Positions 12,086-25,135 of a DNA stretch of 64,000 bases are shown here, in pieces. The notes under the pieces are model-generated. The model saw only the letters and a program-made list of their open reading frames with translations. It did no database searches and was not told the origin of the DNA. Position numbers and translations under genes: made by a program. Source of the stretch: Octopus vulgaris (lineage: Eukaryota); NCBI GenBank assembly GCA_951406725.2, contig OX597822.1, forward strand, positions 42,594,001-42,658,000. Direction: 5' to 3'. Position 1 is the stretch's first letter. Every line of letters starts with the position of its first letter.

Positions 12086-12779
12086 TCTTGTAATAAAACA
12101 AAATAGTCGCAACATGGTTGGAAACCTTACATATATATATATAATCCGCCTCATTGTTTTTATCTCTGCTTTTCCACGCATGCATGGGTCAGAAAGGTCT
12201 TTTCTAACACAGTGTCTTGCCATTTATTACATTCCTTTGTCATCTCCTTGGCAAAGTTCAACATTCTGAGATCAGCTTCTACAATTCTGCCCATGTCTTC
12301 CTTTGCCATAGCTTCTTTTTACCCATCTATTATTATCCATCATACATGTCCATATCAGATCAATCAAACACACCATATCCAGTTCCTCTCATACACAGTT
12401 TATCTATCAGTTAATCTCTACCATGTTGTCCATGCACACCAAACATTACACATCCAGTGAAAGATGCTGGTTTTGTTCTCTCTCTGTCTGTCAATCCTTA
12501 CAAACAAACAAAAACACAGACTGCTAGGATTTTCAAAGTGAAAAGGAAAGTAATGTACGTCTTTCAAATCCAGTGCATTAGCAGTACAGTAAAAATATGT
12601 AAAACATTCCAAAACGCACTCCATCTGAGATTCTTGAAATGAATATGGGCACACACTTGGTTGTATACAACTACAAAGACACATGTGGAAAGTAATGACA
12701 CACACATATATACATATGCACAACACATAAGTACTATAGAGTCATAATTGCACAGAACACAAGCACAGGTGCATACACC

Positions 12780-13105
12780 TAAACATATATACACAATACA
12801 TACATACATGCATCTATACATACAAAACACACACATAAACACAAAGATACACACAACACATACACACACACACAGAACACACACATGCACATGACACACA
12901 CAACACATACACACACAGCAAACACATACACACAACAAACACACACACATACACAACATACATACATACATTCATACACAACACATACATACACAACACA
13001 TACATACACAACAAACACACAAACAAACACACACAACACCAAAGTACTAAAGAATCCTGTTCCTACAGAAGTACACACACACACACACACACACAGACAC
13101 ACACT
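12780..13105. repeat. Cryptic (CA)n/(CATA)n microsatellite
   Basis: Low-complexity AC-rich tract; source of several spurious ORFs. Confidence 0.9.
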
Positions 13106-13809
13106 AACCCAGCCACATTTTTACAAATGCCAGGAAATATCTCAACTCAAAAATGTCCAGTCACTTTGCTAGGGATTGGCTTGAGCTCCATGAAGAAGAA
13201 CTCAGATAAATCTCAAGGCAAACACACATACATACATACACGAGCCTCCATCCAGTTTCGGTCTCTAAAATCCTAGTGACAATGTAGTGGTCAATGTCAG
13301 GCAATGATAAAAGACAGTTGTCCAAGATGTGACACAGTGAGATCAAACCAGGGACCATGTGGCAGTGGAACTCATTTCTCAACAACTCAACCATACTTGC
13401 ACATATGTATTCTACAACAACACACATGTGCATAGATTCAATCAGTGCTTGTTAAATACAGAGAGAAACGTGTGTCGAATAACATGTGTATGTATACTAA
13501 TGTGTATATACGCATTCACACTTCCAAGGATACCATTATACATGCACACATGCAAGTGCATCATGCGTTCACACATACAAAAGTACATGCAAATATAAAG
13601 ATTCAACACAAACATCAGTATACATATACACGTGTTTGTGTATATACGTGTGCATATATATATATACACACGAGAGGTATTGGTATCCAGAAGACCCAAG
13701 GTGGCAGGTAAGGGTATGTAAGTGCTATAGAAAGACCATAGTTAAACTTTCGGTTCAATAATAATACAAGTGAGGAGTCTAATGTGGGTCTTGTATGAGC
13801 ATGCATATG

Positions 13810-14935
13810 TTAAAATGAGACAACAAAATCAAGGCTGTGTGGAATTTATAGGACATTTATAAAGCAGAAGTTAGTCTTAGATCTGTTTCTGGGATATTAG
13901 GGATATCCCTTCATCACAGACGATGTGCGATGGTTAAATAGAGGGAAATATTAGAGTTCAATATAAGGAGTGGTTTTGGGAAAGGATGGAAATAAGAAGT
14001 AGAAAGGGAAATAGGAGAATGAATGTAGAAATAAAAATGTATAAAGATGTTATTGTTGCAGTTCCATTATCCAAGGAAAGCAGTTGGTAGAGGTGGAAGA
14101 AATGCTTCCTATCCATGGTATGTAAATTCCAATGGGAGTTCATATTTTGTCATCACAAATGGAAAGTGTGGAGACATAGATTCCATGTGCTGTTCATTCA
14201 AAGGGGTCCACATTTTCCATTTGTGATAACAAAATATGAACTCCCACTGGAATTTATATACCACGGACAAGAAGCATTTATACCCATTCTACACACCACT
14301 TTACTTTTTATTTCTACATTCATTCTCCTATTTCCCTATGCACTTCTTACTCTCACTCTTTACTCTTTTACTTGTTTCAGTCATTTGACTGCGGCCATGC
14401 TGGAGCACCGCCTTTAGTTGAGCAACTCAACCCCGGGAATTATTCTTTGTAAGCCCAGTACTTATTCTATCTGTCTCTTTTGCCGAACCGCTAAGTAACG
14501 GGGACATAAACACACTCGCATCGGTTGTCAAGCAATGCTAGGGGGACAAACACAGACACACAAACCCACACACACATATACATATATATACGACGGGCTT
14601 CTTTCAGTTTCCGTCTACCAAATTCACTCACAAGGCTTTGGTCGGCCCGAGGCTATAGTAGAAGACACTTGCCCAAGGTACCACGCAGTGGGACTGAACC
14701 CGGAACCATGTGGTTGGTAAACAAGCTACTTACCACACAGCTACTCCTGCGCCTAAATTTCCTTCCTTTTCCAAAATAACTCCTCATATCGAACTCTAAT
14801 AATTCCCTCTATCTCACATTGCCTCTAATGAAGAGATATCCCTAATATCTCATGAACAGCTATAAGACTAACTTTCTCTTTATAAATGTCCTGAAAATTC
14901 CACACAGCCTTGGCTTTACTGTCTCATTTTATTTA
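13810..14935. mobile_element. Large fold-back element (loop ~14173-14206), a degenerate hammerhead in each arm, right arm split by a SINE
   Basis: 13810-14172 pairs with 14207-14349 plus 14755-14935. Hammerhead remnants at 13874-13921 (-) and 14821-14868 (+). Confidence 0.75.
14350..14754 (-). mobile_element. Young full-length SINE family C nested in the fold-back arm
   Basis: CpG-rich, complete tRNA-like head AGGCGCAGGAGTAGCTGTGTGGTAAGTAGC on minus. The interrupted arm resumes on both sides. Confidence 0.88.
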
Positions 14936-15027
14936 ACACACACACATGTATATAAAATGTACTGATCCACAATAGAAAATTCAACAAAAAAAGTACTCCA
15001 TCTGGTGAGAGATAAACATTATTTATT

Positions 15028-15285
15028 TAAAGGTCGCAATACATGTATTAAAGCGCTACTAATAGTTTCCTATGTTGAGAAATACTCAAACACATTGTTC
15101 AGATGTAATCCACATATCATAACGAACTAGAGAAATTGAATAAATTGAATAATTTTTACGTGTTTCTTCTATTATTCAATTTCTTTAGTTCGTTATGATA
15201 TGTGGTCTGCGCCAGAAGAACATGTTTGAGTTTTCTCAGCATATGAAACTATTAATAGCACTTTAATACATGTATTGTGACCTTC
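15028..15285. mobile_element. Fold-back element with hammerhead remnants in both arms
   Basis: Arms ~15028-15143 / 15171-15284. Minus: CTGAACA...GAAAC-tatta-GTA-gcgc. Plus: gcgc-CAGAAGA...GAAAC-tatta-ATA-gcac. Confidence 0.7.
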
Positions 15286-16704
15286 AATTTTATATATATA
15301 TATATATATGCACACACACACACATCAAAGCACATGTTGGAAATATTGATATAAATACAACTACAACAACAAGCTAAAACATATACACACATGCAAAAAA
15401 AAAAAATATATGCTCATACACACACCTAAGTAAGAATAAATGTGAATAGACACACACACACGAGCATAAGAAAGAAAATATAAATATCCAGACATACACA
15501 GCTAAAAAGCAATATATACATTAAAAATAATAAACATATATATATATATGGTAAATATAAATAATGGCATTGACAGAAAAACACATAAAATATATATACA
15601 TAGATCCCTCCATCCATATGCTTGCTTCTGTGTGTGTAAGAGAGATGTTTAACACTCATATGAATGTACAAGTTAACACATGTTTATGTGTGCTTATATA
15701 AGATAGAGAGATAGATATACCTTTTAGTATTAATGCATATATCTTTGTATGAAGATTCACAAATTCGCCTGAAGATAAGTACTATGTCAAAGCACATATG
15801 GAGATTGGGTGACTGCATGTATATACGAATAAAATTTAAACGAAAACGAGCAAAGAGAAGCGTGGCCAGTAGCATGTATTTGAACAATATAGACAAATAC
15901 AGATATGTCAAATACCATACAACATAAATTCCTAATACATTGAAGTTATCTTGATCGCCTGAGGATGTATCATAATTACAAAACGGCAATTAAGACCAAC
16001 TCTATTTGAGACGGGAAAATAATCCCAGGATTCAAAAAGTCTCCAATGTTGACATGCCACTAGGGAAAGAGGTCAGGCTTATTGTCTGGAGATAAGAAGA
16101 CAGCCATGGATATGTGTTTCTGACTCAATTGCCATCATTGTCAAGATAATTGTGCGACTTTATTTGCAGTAGTCAAGAGACTTAAACTTTTACCAAAACG
16201 AGAACAACACATTCCTGGCTAAGGCAGTTTGCATAATTCAAACAAATTGAGCTAAGAGAAACAATTCAAAGCAACTTGTGGTGTATATTTGAACAAACAA
16301 ATACAGGTATATCAAATATCATACAACATAAATACATCTGGCCTAGTTGGGAGTACAGCAACTCTTTGGTGCTGGTTCCACAATAAAAAATACACTGTTG
16401 GTGTTAGGAAGGACATCCAGGCATAGAAATCATAAACCAACTAAAACAGAGGCATTCAAGCAAAATAGGGTATTCCAACTTATCTAGGAGGGATGTAACA
16501 CTAGTTAGAAAGAAAGAAATGGCTTAGATCTTGATGAACCTCAACAACCCATGCCAGCATGGACAATGGACATGAAATCATTTTCACTACTACACACCAT
16601 TACGAATCTTACACACACCAAATTAGTCCTCTATACACACGGCCCATAATTCACTATCATACACCATTGCACATCTTAACACCATGTGTAAATTAAAAGT
16701 AAAA

Positions 16705-17045
16705 AAAGGACCCCTTTAGTAATGAATGACCATGGGATAGCACCTAGAAAGTTCCCCTCCGAGGTACAAATCTGGGCAAGGTTGTTTTATGGAAGGCCAG
16801 CTGTCGCCCACGCATACCAGTCTCTCTTCTCCATGCCATCAATGTTATCCAAGGGAAAGGCAAAGGCTGATACAGCTTGGCACCAGAGACGTCACAACTC
16901 ATTTCTACAGCTGAGTTAACTGGAACAGTGTGAAATAAAGGGTCTTGCTCAAGAATACAACACATGGTCGAGTCTGGGAATCAAACTTGCTACCTTGTGA
17001 TTATGAACCTCACATACTAGCCATTCAGCCATGCATCTTCACAAG
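16705..17045 (-). mobile_element. SINE with tRNA-like head on minus; second copy 18105-18440
   Basis: Shared body GCACCTAGAAAG...GGAAGRCCAGC...TTTCTACAGCTGAGTTAACTGGA..AATAAAG in both copies. Confidence 0.75.
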
Positions 17046-20000
17046 GATTATACACTATGTATAATCTTCTATAAACACTGCCCATCCTTTGCTACCTTAC
17101 ATTTTACACACTGTCATACATCTTACAAACACCACATATGGCCCTCTATAAATACTGTCCATAATTTGCAAACATAGCCTCTCACATACACACACACTAC
17201 ATATAGTCCCCTGCAGTCACTGTCCACGTTTCACTACCATACACCGACACACATCTTACACTCACTACATATATTTCCTCTATACACAATGTCCATGTTT
17301 CACTACCATACACACACTACATATGTCTCTACACTGACTACCATTATGTATTACTACTAAACACAATAACACACTATTTTCACCATATTTGCTGTTAGAT
17401 AAGTATCCAGAGTCTTGCCTACAACACTTTCCCACCCTAGTGATAGAACAGAAATTGAGCACACTTTAGCCAATGGACTGAAACTTGCCCCACTTGACCA
17501 TTATAATATGGTGATGTCCAATATCTTTAGACACATGGTTCGCTTTCAAAGTATTGATCGCCTACCTTTATATGAGAAGCTGGTTCTGTTACAGCTGGCA
17601 TGGAAGTGCAAGGGAGAAAGCTATACCAATATCATCATTCTTGTGGGTAAATGGCTTTGAAGAAACTTTGGAGCAAACACTTACAAGAGGTGTCAAACTA
17701 CATACCAATCATAGCACATAAAAAGCACCTGTGCTGGTGCCATGTACAAGCACCTGTGCTTTTTATGTGGCACATTCTTTAGCACTCCTACACAATAATA
17801 TTTAGACAATGAGTTAAGGCTTATAGTGAAAACTGTCACTGGTAAGGATACACAGCTCTATCACTGGAATAACTGTCACAACATGTACACCCCCACAGTT
17901 GAGAGAATGTCTCCAATTTGTAGATGTTCATCATGTCTCTATCATTCCTCCCCCTTTTGCTAGCATATCATACATACACAAATTGTATAGCATACACATT
18001 GATACAAATGTATACATGACATGTTACACATGCATTACATATGTGCACTTAGTACTGTCACTCCATATTTTAGCATCTCACACACAAACACTTTTATAGC
18101 TAGGAGACCTCTTTGGTTATGAATAACCATGAGATTGCACCTAGAAAGTAACCCTCCGAGGCACAAGTTCGAGCAAGGTTGTTTTATGGAAGACCAGCAG
18201 TTGCCTATGCATACCGGCCTCCTCTCTCTATGCCACCAGTGTTATCCAAGGGAAAGACAAAGGCCGATACAGCTTGGCACCAGTGATGTCGCAACTCATT
18301 TCTACAGCTGAGTTAACTGGAGCAATGTGAAATAAAGTGTCTTGCTCAAGAACACAACATGCAGCCCGGTCCGAGAATCGAACTCACAACCTCATGATCA
18401 TAAGCTCAACACTAACCCCTGAGCCATGCGCCTTTACAGCTAGCATGTCAACACACGCATACCTTTATAGCTAACATGTCAACAAACACACACGTACCTT
18501 TATAGTTGGTTCCCACCTCTCTCTAACATACACAAACTATTGACTGGAGATGCAACTGGTGTGGCTACCATAGGTTAAACTCATCTGAATGTAGCCAGGG
18601 GCAAAGTGCTAGTGTTAATAGGGGCAATGGATTTAAAGGTTTCCTTTTCAAAACCAGTACAGTCTATATCTGGTTGACTTGTGGTTGGGATAGAAAATAT
18701 TTGCCCAAGATGCAGCACAGTGAGACAACCTAGAGCCATGCAATGTTAAAGTAAACTTTAATTACACAGCCATGTCTGTATCTAACGAACACTTCAAATG
18801 GTTACAGTTTCATTAACCAGTGAAATATACTGGATATGTTGGTGTAATATTGATCCATGAAAAATAATCTGGAACCTTGTAAAAAAATAAATAAAGTAAA
18901 AAAAAATCTCACAGAAAATACTGATTTCAAATTTTGGCCCAAGCCCAGCAATTTTTTTATGGGGGGAGGTATGTTGATAACATTGACCCCAGTGTCCAAC
19001 CGGTACTTATTTTATTGACTCCGAAAGGATGAAAGGTGAAGCAGACCTTGGTGGAATCTGAACTCAGAATGTGAAGACAGATGAAATACCTCAAACGGTT
19101 TTGCCTGGCATGCTAATGATTCTGCCAGCTTGCCATTTTACTTGCAGAAGATATTAAAAATTACAGTTATGTTTTATTAAGTACATCATCACGGAGAGTT
19201 GATTCTCATAGAAATGCATGATTACATACATGCACCCACTTACACATATAGGCACATGTGCACACACACATACACACACAATTTGCACCTCCACACAAAT
19301 TTAAAGAAATCATAAAACAGAAGAGAGCTAGATGCTTCCTGCTTTGCAGAGTACTATACATTTTTACTGGAGGCTGATTATTATTACATGTGTCCATTAC
19401 AATTTAAAATGATGTCAATACACAGCTCATCAGGCAATTTGGTGCAAATTTTTAAGTTTCTGTGATTAAACATTTTTAATGATATAATTTATAAAAAAAG
19501 GAAGAAAAAATTGTGGGAAATTTGACTGGCGACTGTTGGTGCTGCCACCTACAGTTGCTTTTGTAGTGAGAGAGTTTACTAAGAAATAGAAGGGTGGCTG
19601 AAGTTTCCCTTTAAGGGGAGAGAACTGCTCAGGATGTATAATTTTTTATTTTAGCATTATTATTATCATTACAAGGTCTTTTTCTTTGTCTTTCACTCCT
19701 ATGTTACAAGAATGTCTGTAGTCATGAATTAAATACGACTGTGTGCATCTGCTTAACTGCTCTAATGGTAATTAACATGTAAACCTTTAAAAAAGAATTT
19801 AGAAGTGGCCTTGTGTAAAGAAACCAATCATCATCATCGTTTAATGTCCGTTTTCCGCACTAGCATGGGTTGGACGTTTCGACTGGGGTCCGGAAAGCCA
19901 GGAGGCTGCACCAGGCTCCAGTCTGATCTGGCAATATTTCTACAGCTGGATGCCCTTCCTAACGCCAACCACTCTGTGAGTGTAATGGGTGCTTTTTACG

Positions 20001-21558
20001 TGCCAGGGGAGTCTGGCAGCGGCCACGATCGGTTGGTGCTTTTAATGTGCCACCAGCATGGAAGCCAGTCAAGGCGACACTGGCATCGGCCACGCTCGGA
20101 TGGTGCTTTTTACGTGCCACCGGCACAGAAGCCAGTCGAGGCGGCGCTGGCATCGGCCACGTTCGGATGGTGCTTTTTATGTGCAGAGTATGACAGAAAT
20201 CATATGTATTTTGTACATATTACAGTTTAAAAATCAGGTCATTCCACAGCATAGACTATGAATACTGTGGCAGGCCACACAAAGTAGTGTTTATATTTCA
20301 TATATGCTATTATCATATGAAGGCAAGAAGAGTTATTATTAAAGGAGGAGGTTGCTAATTTTATTGTAATTTATAAGACATTAAAAAACAAATTTTTTAA
20401 AAATCAAGAAAAATATATATCATTGATATGTCAAGATTTCATTGATAGAGCGTCATTATGATATCTAAGAAGGTATTTTTACTTGTGTGGGCAGGAAGAA
20501 ATTAATTAATAATGATTATTCATTTGGTGTTAGGAAGGGCATCCAGCCATTGAAACCATACCAAAGAAGATATTGGGGGTTAGCATAGTCCTCAGGTTCA
20601 TCAGCTCCTGTCGAACCATTCAGCCTATGCCAGCATGGGAAACAGATGTTCAACTATGATGTCTTATGTTTTAAAATCAATGTTATTTCTGGCATGTATA
20701 AAAAACAGAAACATTTTACTATGTCTAAACAATGCCAACTATGAAGGCGTGTGGGTTAGTGGTTAGGGTGTCAGCATCATGATCATAAGATTGTGGTTTC
20801 AATTCCTGGACCGGGCAACGCGTTGTGTTCTTGAGCAAAACACTTCATTTCACGTTGCTCCAGTCCACTCACCTGGCAAAAATGAGTAACACTGCGATGG
20901 ACTGGCGTCCAGTCCAGCTGGGGAACACATACACCATAGAAACCGGGAAACTGGGCCAATGAGCCCGGCTAGGCTTTAAAAGGGCGCAGTGGAGGCGCAA
21001 TGGCCCAGGGGATTCCCGGTCGGAGGATCGTGGTTTCGATTCCCAGACAAGGCGTTGTGTGTGTTTATTGAGCGAAAACACCTAAAAGCTCCTTGAGGCT
21101 CCGGCAGGGGGTGGTGGCGACTCTTGTTGTACTCTTTCGCCACAACTTCCTCTCACTCTCTCTTCCTGTTTCTTGAGAAACGCTGTGATGGACTGGCGTC
21201 CCGTCCAGCTGGGAGGAACACATATGCTACAGAAACCAGGAAACCAGGCCCATGAGTCTGGCTAGGCTTGAAAAGGGTGACTTTTTTGTTTTTTTTGCCC
21301 ACATAAACACTTAAATATAATGACGTCTCACTCATGGTTCCCAAAATATAATACATATTTAAATTTTTATTTAAAATTTGGGTTATTTAACTTCAGGCTG
21401 GAGCCTAGTGCAGCCTTCTAGCTTGCCAGCCCTCCGTCAAACAGTCCAACCCATGCCAGCATGGGAAGCAGACATTAAATGATGATGATGATTTAGATCA
21501 TAATGAAGTTAGAGTCAACTCCCTTTAACAGTGATCTTGTGTCCTCAATTCAGAAATA

Positions 21559-22038
21559 CAGTATTCCCTTGACTATCGCAGGCGTTACGTTCCAAAATCC
21601 TCTGCCATAGGTGAAAATCCACAAAGTAGAAACAGTACTGTATTGTATATTTAAAAAAAATAATTTTTATATATTCATTTTATTATAAATGTAAAACAAT
21701 ACCACATACTTGCCTTCTAAATTTCATTTGCCACACAGTGTGCGGGATTCTTTGTTTACTTATCTCTGGTACACTACGTATTTTCTTTTAATATATTTTA
21801 ATTAATGTGTTACACAGTGCAGTACTGTATTGTATTTCTATTTATTAATTTTTAGGTGTGAAAATGCTTATTTTATCATAGAAATAGCTAAAATCTAAAG
21901 TAATATAAATATCTATCGGTTGTAGAAATCCACAATATTCTGAGGAGTCCGCAATATAAATTTACATATGTTAGCCAGAAAAATCTGCAATGTACTGAGG
22001 GCGTGATTGGTGAACCACAATATGGTGAGTGATTACTG
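21559..22038. mobile_element. Non-autonomous pogo/Tigger-like DNA transposon
   Basis: TA|CAGTA.TC...GATTACTG|TA: terminal inverted repeats with a TA target-site duplication; no ORF. Confidence 0.7.
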
Positions 22039-23517
22039 TATAAAATATGTTCAATTTCCTTCCTTTCTAAAAAGGTTTCTTTGTATAAAATTACAATGAC
22101 ATTCTTTCTTAGATTAACATATTAATTACACATCAAACATATGCACCCATCCATGATTCCTGATTAACAGCAACCATAAAAAAAAAAAACTCAACTCAAC
22201 TCAACTAAAAAAGTAATTTTATCAGAATATAATATACAACGGTACAAAATTTACCTGATGAGCCTTGTGTAGGCAAAACTTCAAGTTATAATATGAATAG
22301 ATAATATCTGGCTTTTAATAAATAAAAAAATGCACACCAATATGTTCTTCAGAAGCTAATGATTCACTGGTACTACTCAGAGTTTCTTGCAGTGTGCGAT
22401 CTTATAGGTGACAAAGGATTATACAGAGCTTTTTGCTGCCTGACAGAATGCACATAATAAGCAACTCTGAATAGTAACTAAATAAATCAACATAAAACTG
22501 AATAAAAATATACTCTACTAAATGCATTGAGTACTCTTTTCTCTGTTTGTACATCCAAATAGATTTTTGAAAGTTTGCCTGAAAAATTGCTGAGTATCAA
22601 ACTGGAGTAGTGGACAGATCCTAAAAATTACACACACACACATGCACATACAGGTACATACACACATGTACACACAGGTACATACTCATGTATAAAGGTG
22701 TTTAAATATAAATATGTGTATGTTCAGTTACAAATGTTTGAACATGTATGCATGTGTGTGTGTGTGCAGACTAAAGTGGAATGTAAAGTATGATGATGAT
22801 GATGATGATGATATATACCAGTGATATCTGCAGAATAGAGAGGTCATGAGGGAGTCGGGGGGCGAAATATTAATAAATGATATAAATTGTAGATAATTTA
22901 TATAAACAACAATGAAGATAAGATAAGCAGCAACAACAACAACAACAGCAGCATCAGTAATAACAGCAGCAACAGCAACAACAACAACAACAAGCAAAAG
23001 CAGTGACAACGCCGAAAGCAGAAGCAACAACAATAACAACAACAACACGAAGATACATTGCCAACAAGAACGAAAGTAATGACACCAATGATGACAACGT
23101 CAATGAGAGACGACAACAACATCGAAAACAAAAAAAAAAAAGCAACATCGACAAGAACAACAACAGCAGCAAGGTAGATGGTGCCACCAGCAGCAGCAGC
23201 AGACGACAATAACAAGAAAATGGAGTTGCAGTGAGAGTAAGTTAGAAAGCAGAAGCTTGTAGCGTGAGTGGAGGAAGAGGTATAGGCCGTAAGAGGTGTT
23301 GGAAGAGGGAGAGCTGTCGGGAGTTGTTATTATTATTATTATTATTATCATTATTATTATTATAATTATTTCTTTTTTTTTTTTTTTTTGGTTGGTGAAG
23401 GGATCGATCGATTGATTGACCGACTGACTGGCTGGCTGGCTAACCGACTGACCGACCAATCGATCGATCAACTGCCTGACTGCGGCTCCCTGGACATCGC
23501 TCTTCGGCAGCACTCAC

Positions 23518-23610
23518 CTGCAATATAAAATGTATGTTCTCGATCCGGGTGGGTTGAGTAGGGTCAAAATGATAACTGTCAGTTTTAAGATGCCAAATCG
23601 TCCATGTGAT
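23518..23610 (-). CDS. Candidate alternative 93-nt in-frame exon of the ANKRD28-like gene (ITWTIWHLKTDSYHFDPTQPTRIENIHFILQ)
   Basis: Acceptor ttaacttgtctttag and donor CAG|gtgagt; 31 stop-free codons, phase 0->0 like the host intron. No homology recognised. Confidence 0.45.
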
Positions 23611-23887
23611 CTAAAGACAAGTTAATGGAAGATAAAAAAAATAATAATAGATGTAAAATTTTTTTTTTTTCTTCTTGATGGAAAAAAAATATTAAAATTA
23701 TGTGTGCATATATATGTATATATATATGTGTGTGTGTGTGTGTGTCTGTGGACATATACATACACACACATGCTATGTGAAAAGATATGTGTATATATAT
23801 ATATACACATATGTAAGCAGATATATATACATATATATATACACACACACATATGAACAGATATATATGTATGTGTGTGTACATACA

Positions 23888-23929
<42 letters not shown>

Positions 23930-24869
23930 CATATGTGAACATATATAATTGTTTTATATATATATATATACATATATATATATACACACACACATATATA
24001 CCATGTTAATAGATATATTTACGGTGTCTACAAACAGACTTACTCTGAGTTACATAAGTGTTATATTCCTGGAAATCTTGCCATAATATGGAACCTATTT
24101 TCCAATTGGCTTCCACACTATACAACCTAGGTACCAATGGATAAACTAGCTCCACAATACAAAATATTTCACATTAAAGCAAGATTTCCAGGAACACAAT
24201 GCTTCTGTAATGCAGGAGAGCTGTATTTGTGCATATATATAATATATATATATATATATACATACACACGCACCATGTAAACTGAATTAGGAAATGTAAA
24301 TATAATAGTCACTAATATTAGTAGGACCTTTGATGGTAGTAGTTTGGTGTGCAGCGACAGTAATTAGATTGGAAGAAAAAATACAATAAAAGAAGACCAA
24401 ATAAAAAGAAAAACCCAGAAGATCTGTAATGATGATCTGACACAAGATGGAGTGGAGATGGGTTGTGGCACTTAGACTTTAGATGGAAGTAGATTTCTTC
24501 CATCTTCACCTAAAGAATAAAGACGCCTACACCAACGAAAGAATCCTTAAAATAGACAATGGTTCCATAATTTTCCACACTTATTCCTCTTAATGTTTCC
24601 ATTTTTTTTTACTTATATAACAAATCCACAATAACATAAGGGTGGCAGAGATGGTGGTGGTAGTCTGCATTAGTTAGAGGTAATACAATAAAGTTTAAAA
24701 AAACAAAGAAAGGGTGTAAAAAAGAGACTCCTTTCTCAAATTCCCAAGACTCCTCTGAAATATGCTGTATTTCAGATGGTTTTGCTGAAGGAGGAAATAT
24801 TTAATATTTTGGAGCAGGTTTCCTCATTAGAGAAGAAGCTTTTAAAATAATAATAATAGCAAATTTATT

Positions 24870-25135
24870 GCATACTGTGCTCAGGTGCACTACAGCTCAT
24901 CAGGAAAAGTATCCCAAACTGCAGGAACAGTATATAGAACAATGTACAGAAAGTGAATAGCGAATGAGTTATTTAAAAAAAGAAAAAGAAAAAAAGGTGG
25001 GAGGACATCAGGTGTGCTGTTGGTGGAAGCCAGGAAGTCTTGGAAGATGTAGTGTCCTGACAGCAGCTAACAACTGATGTGGGTAGTTTATTCCATGCTT
25101 CAGCAACTCTGAGCATGAGAAAAATGTTTCCTAAA
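24870..25135 (-). mobile_element. CR1/L2-like LINE 3' end
   Basis: Translation FLMLRVAEAWNKLPTSVVSC fits the CR1 C-terminal motif F..RV...WN.LP..VV. Confidence 0.6.

Noticed and set aside
12564-13806. Cluster of Cys/Val/Tyr- and His/Thr-rich ORFs (also 23585-23993 and 59676-60348)
   Set aside because: Translations of (CA)n, (TA)n and (TG)n microsatellites.
22255-22439. Possible extra minus-strand exon ending CAG|gtaaat
   Set aside because: In-frame TAA after six codons and it overlaps a repeat; the donor is the reverse complement of the hammerhead motif TTACCTGATGA.
22898-23215. Poly-Gln/poly-Leu ORFs
   Set aside because: Triplet low complexity with stops close by in the Gln-rich frame; treated as non-coding island sequence.
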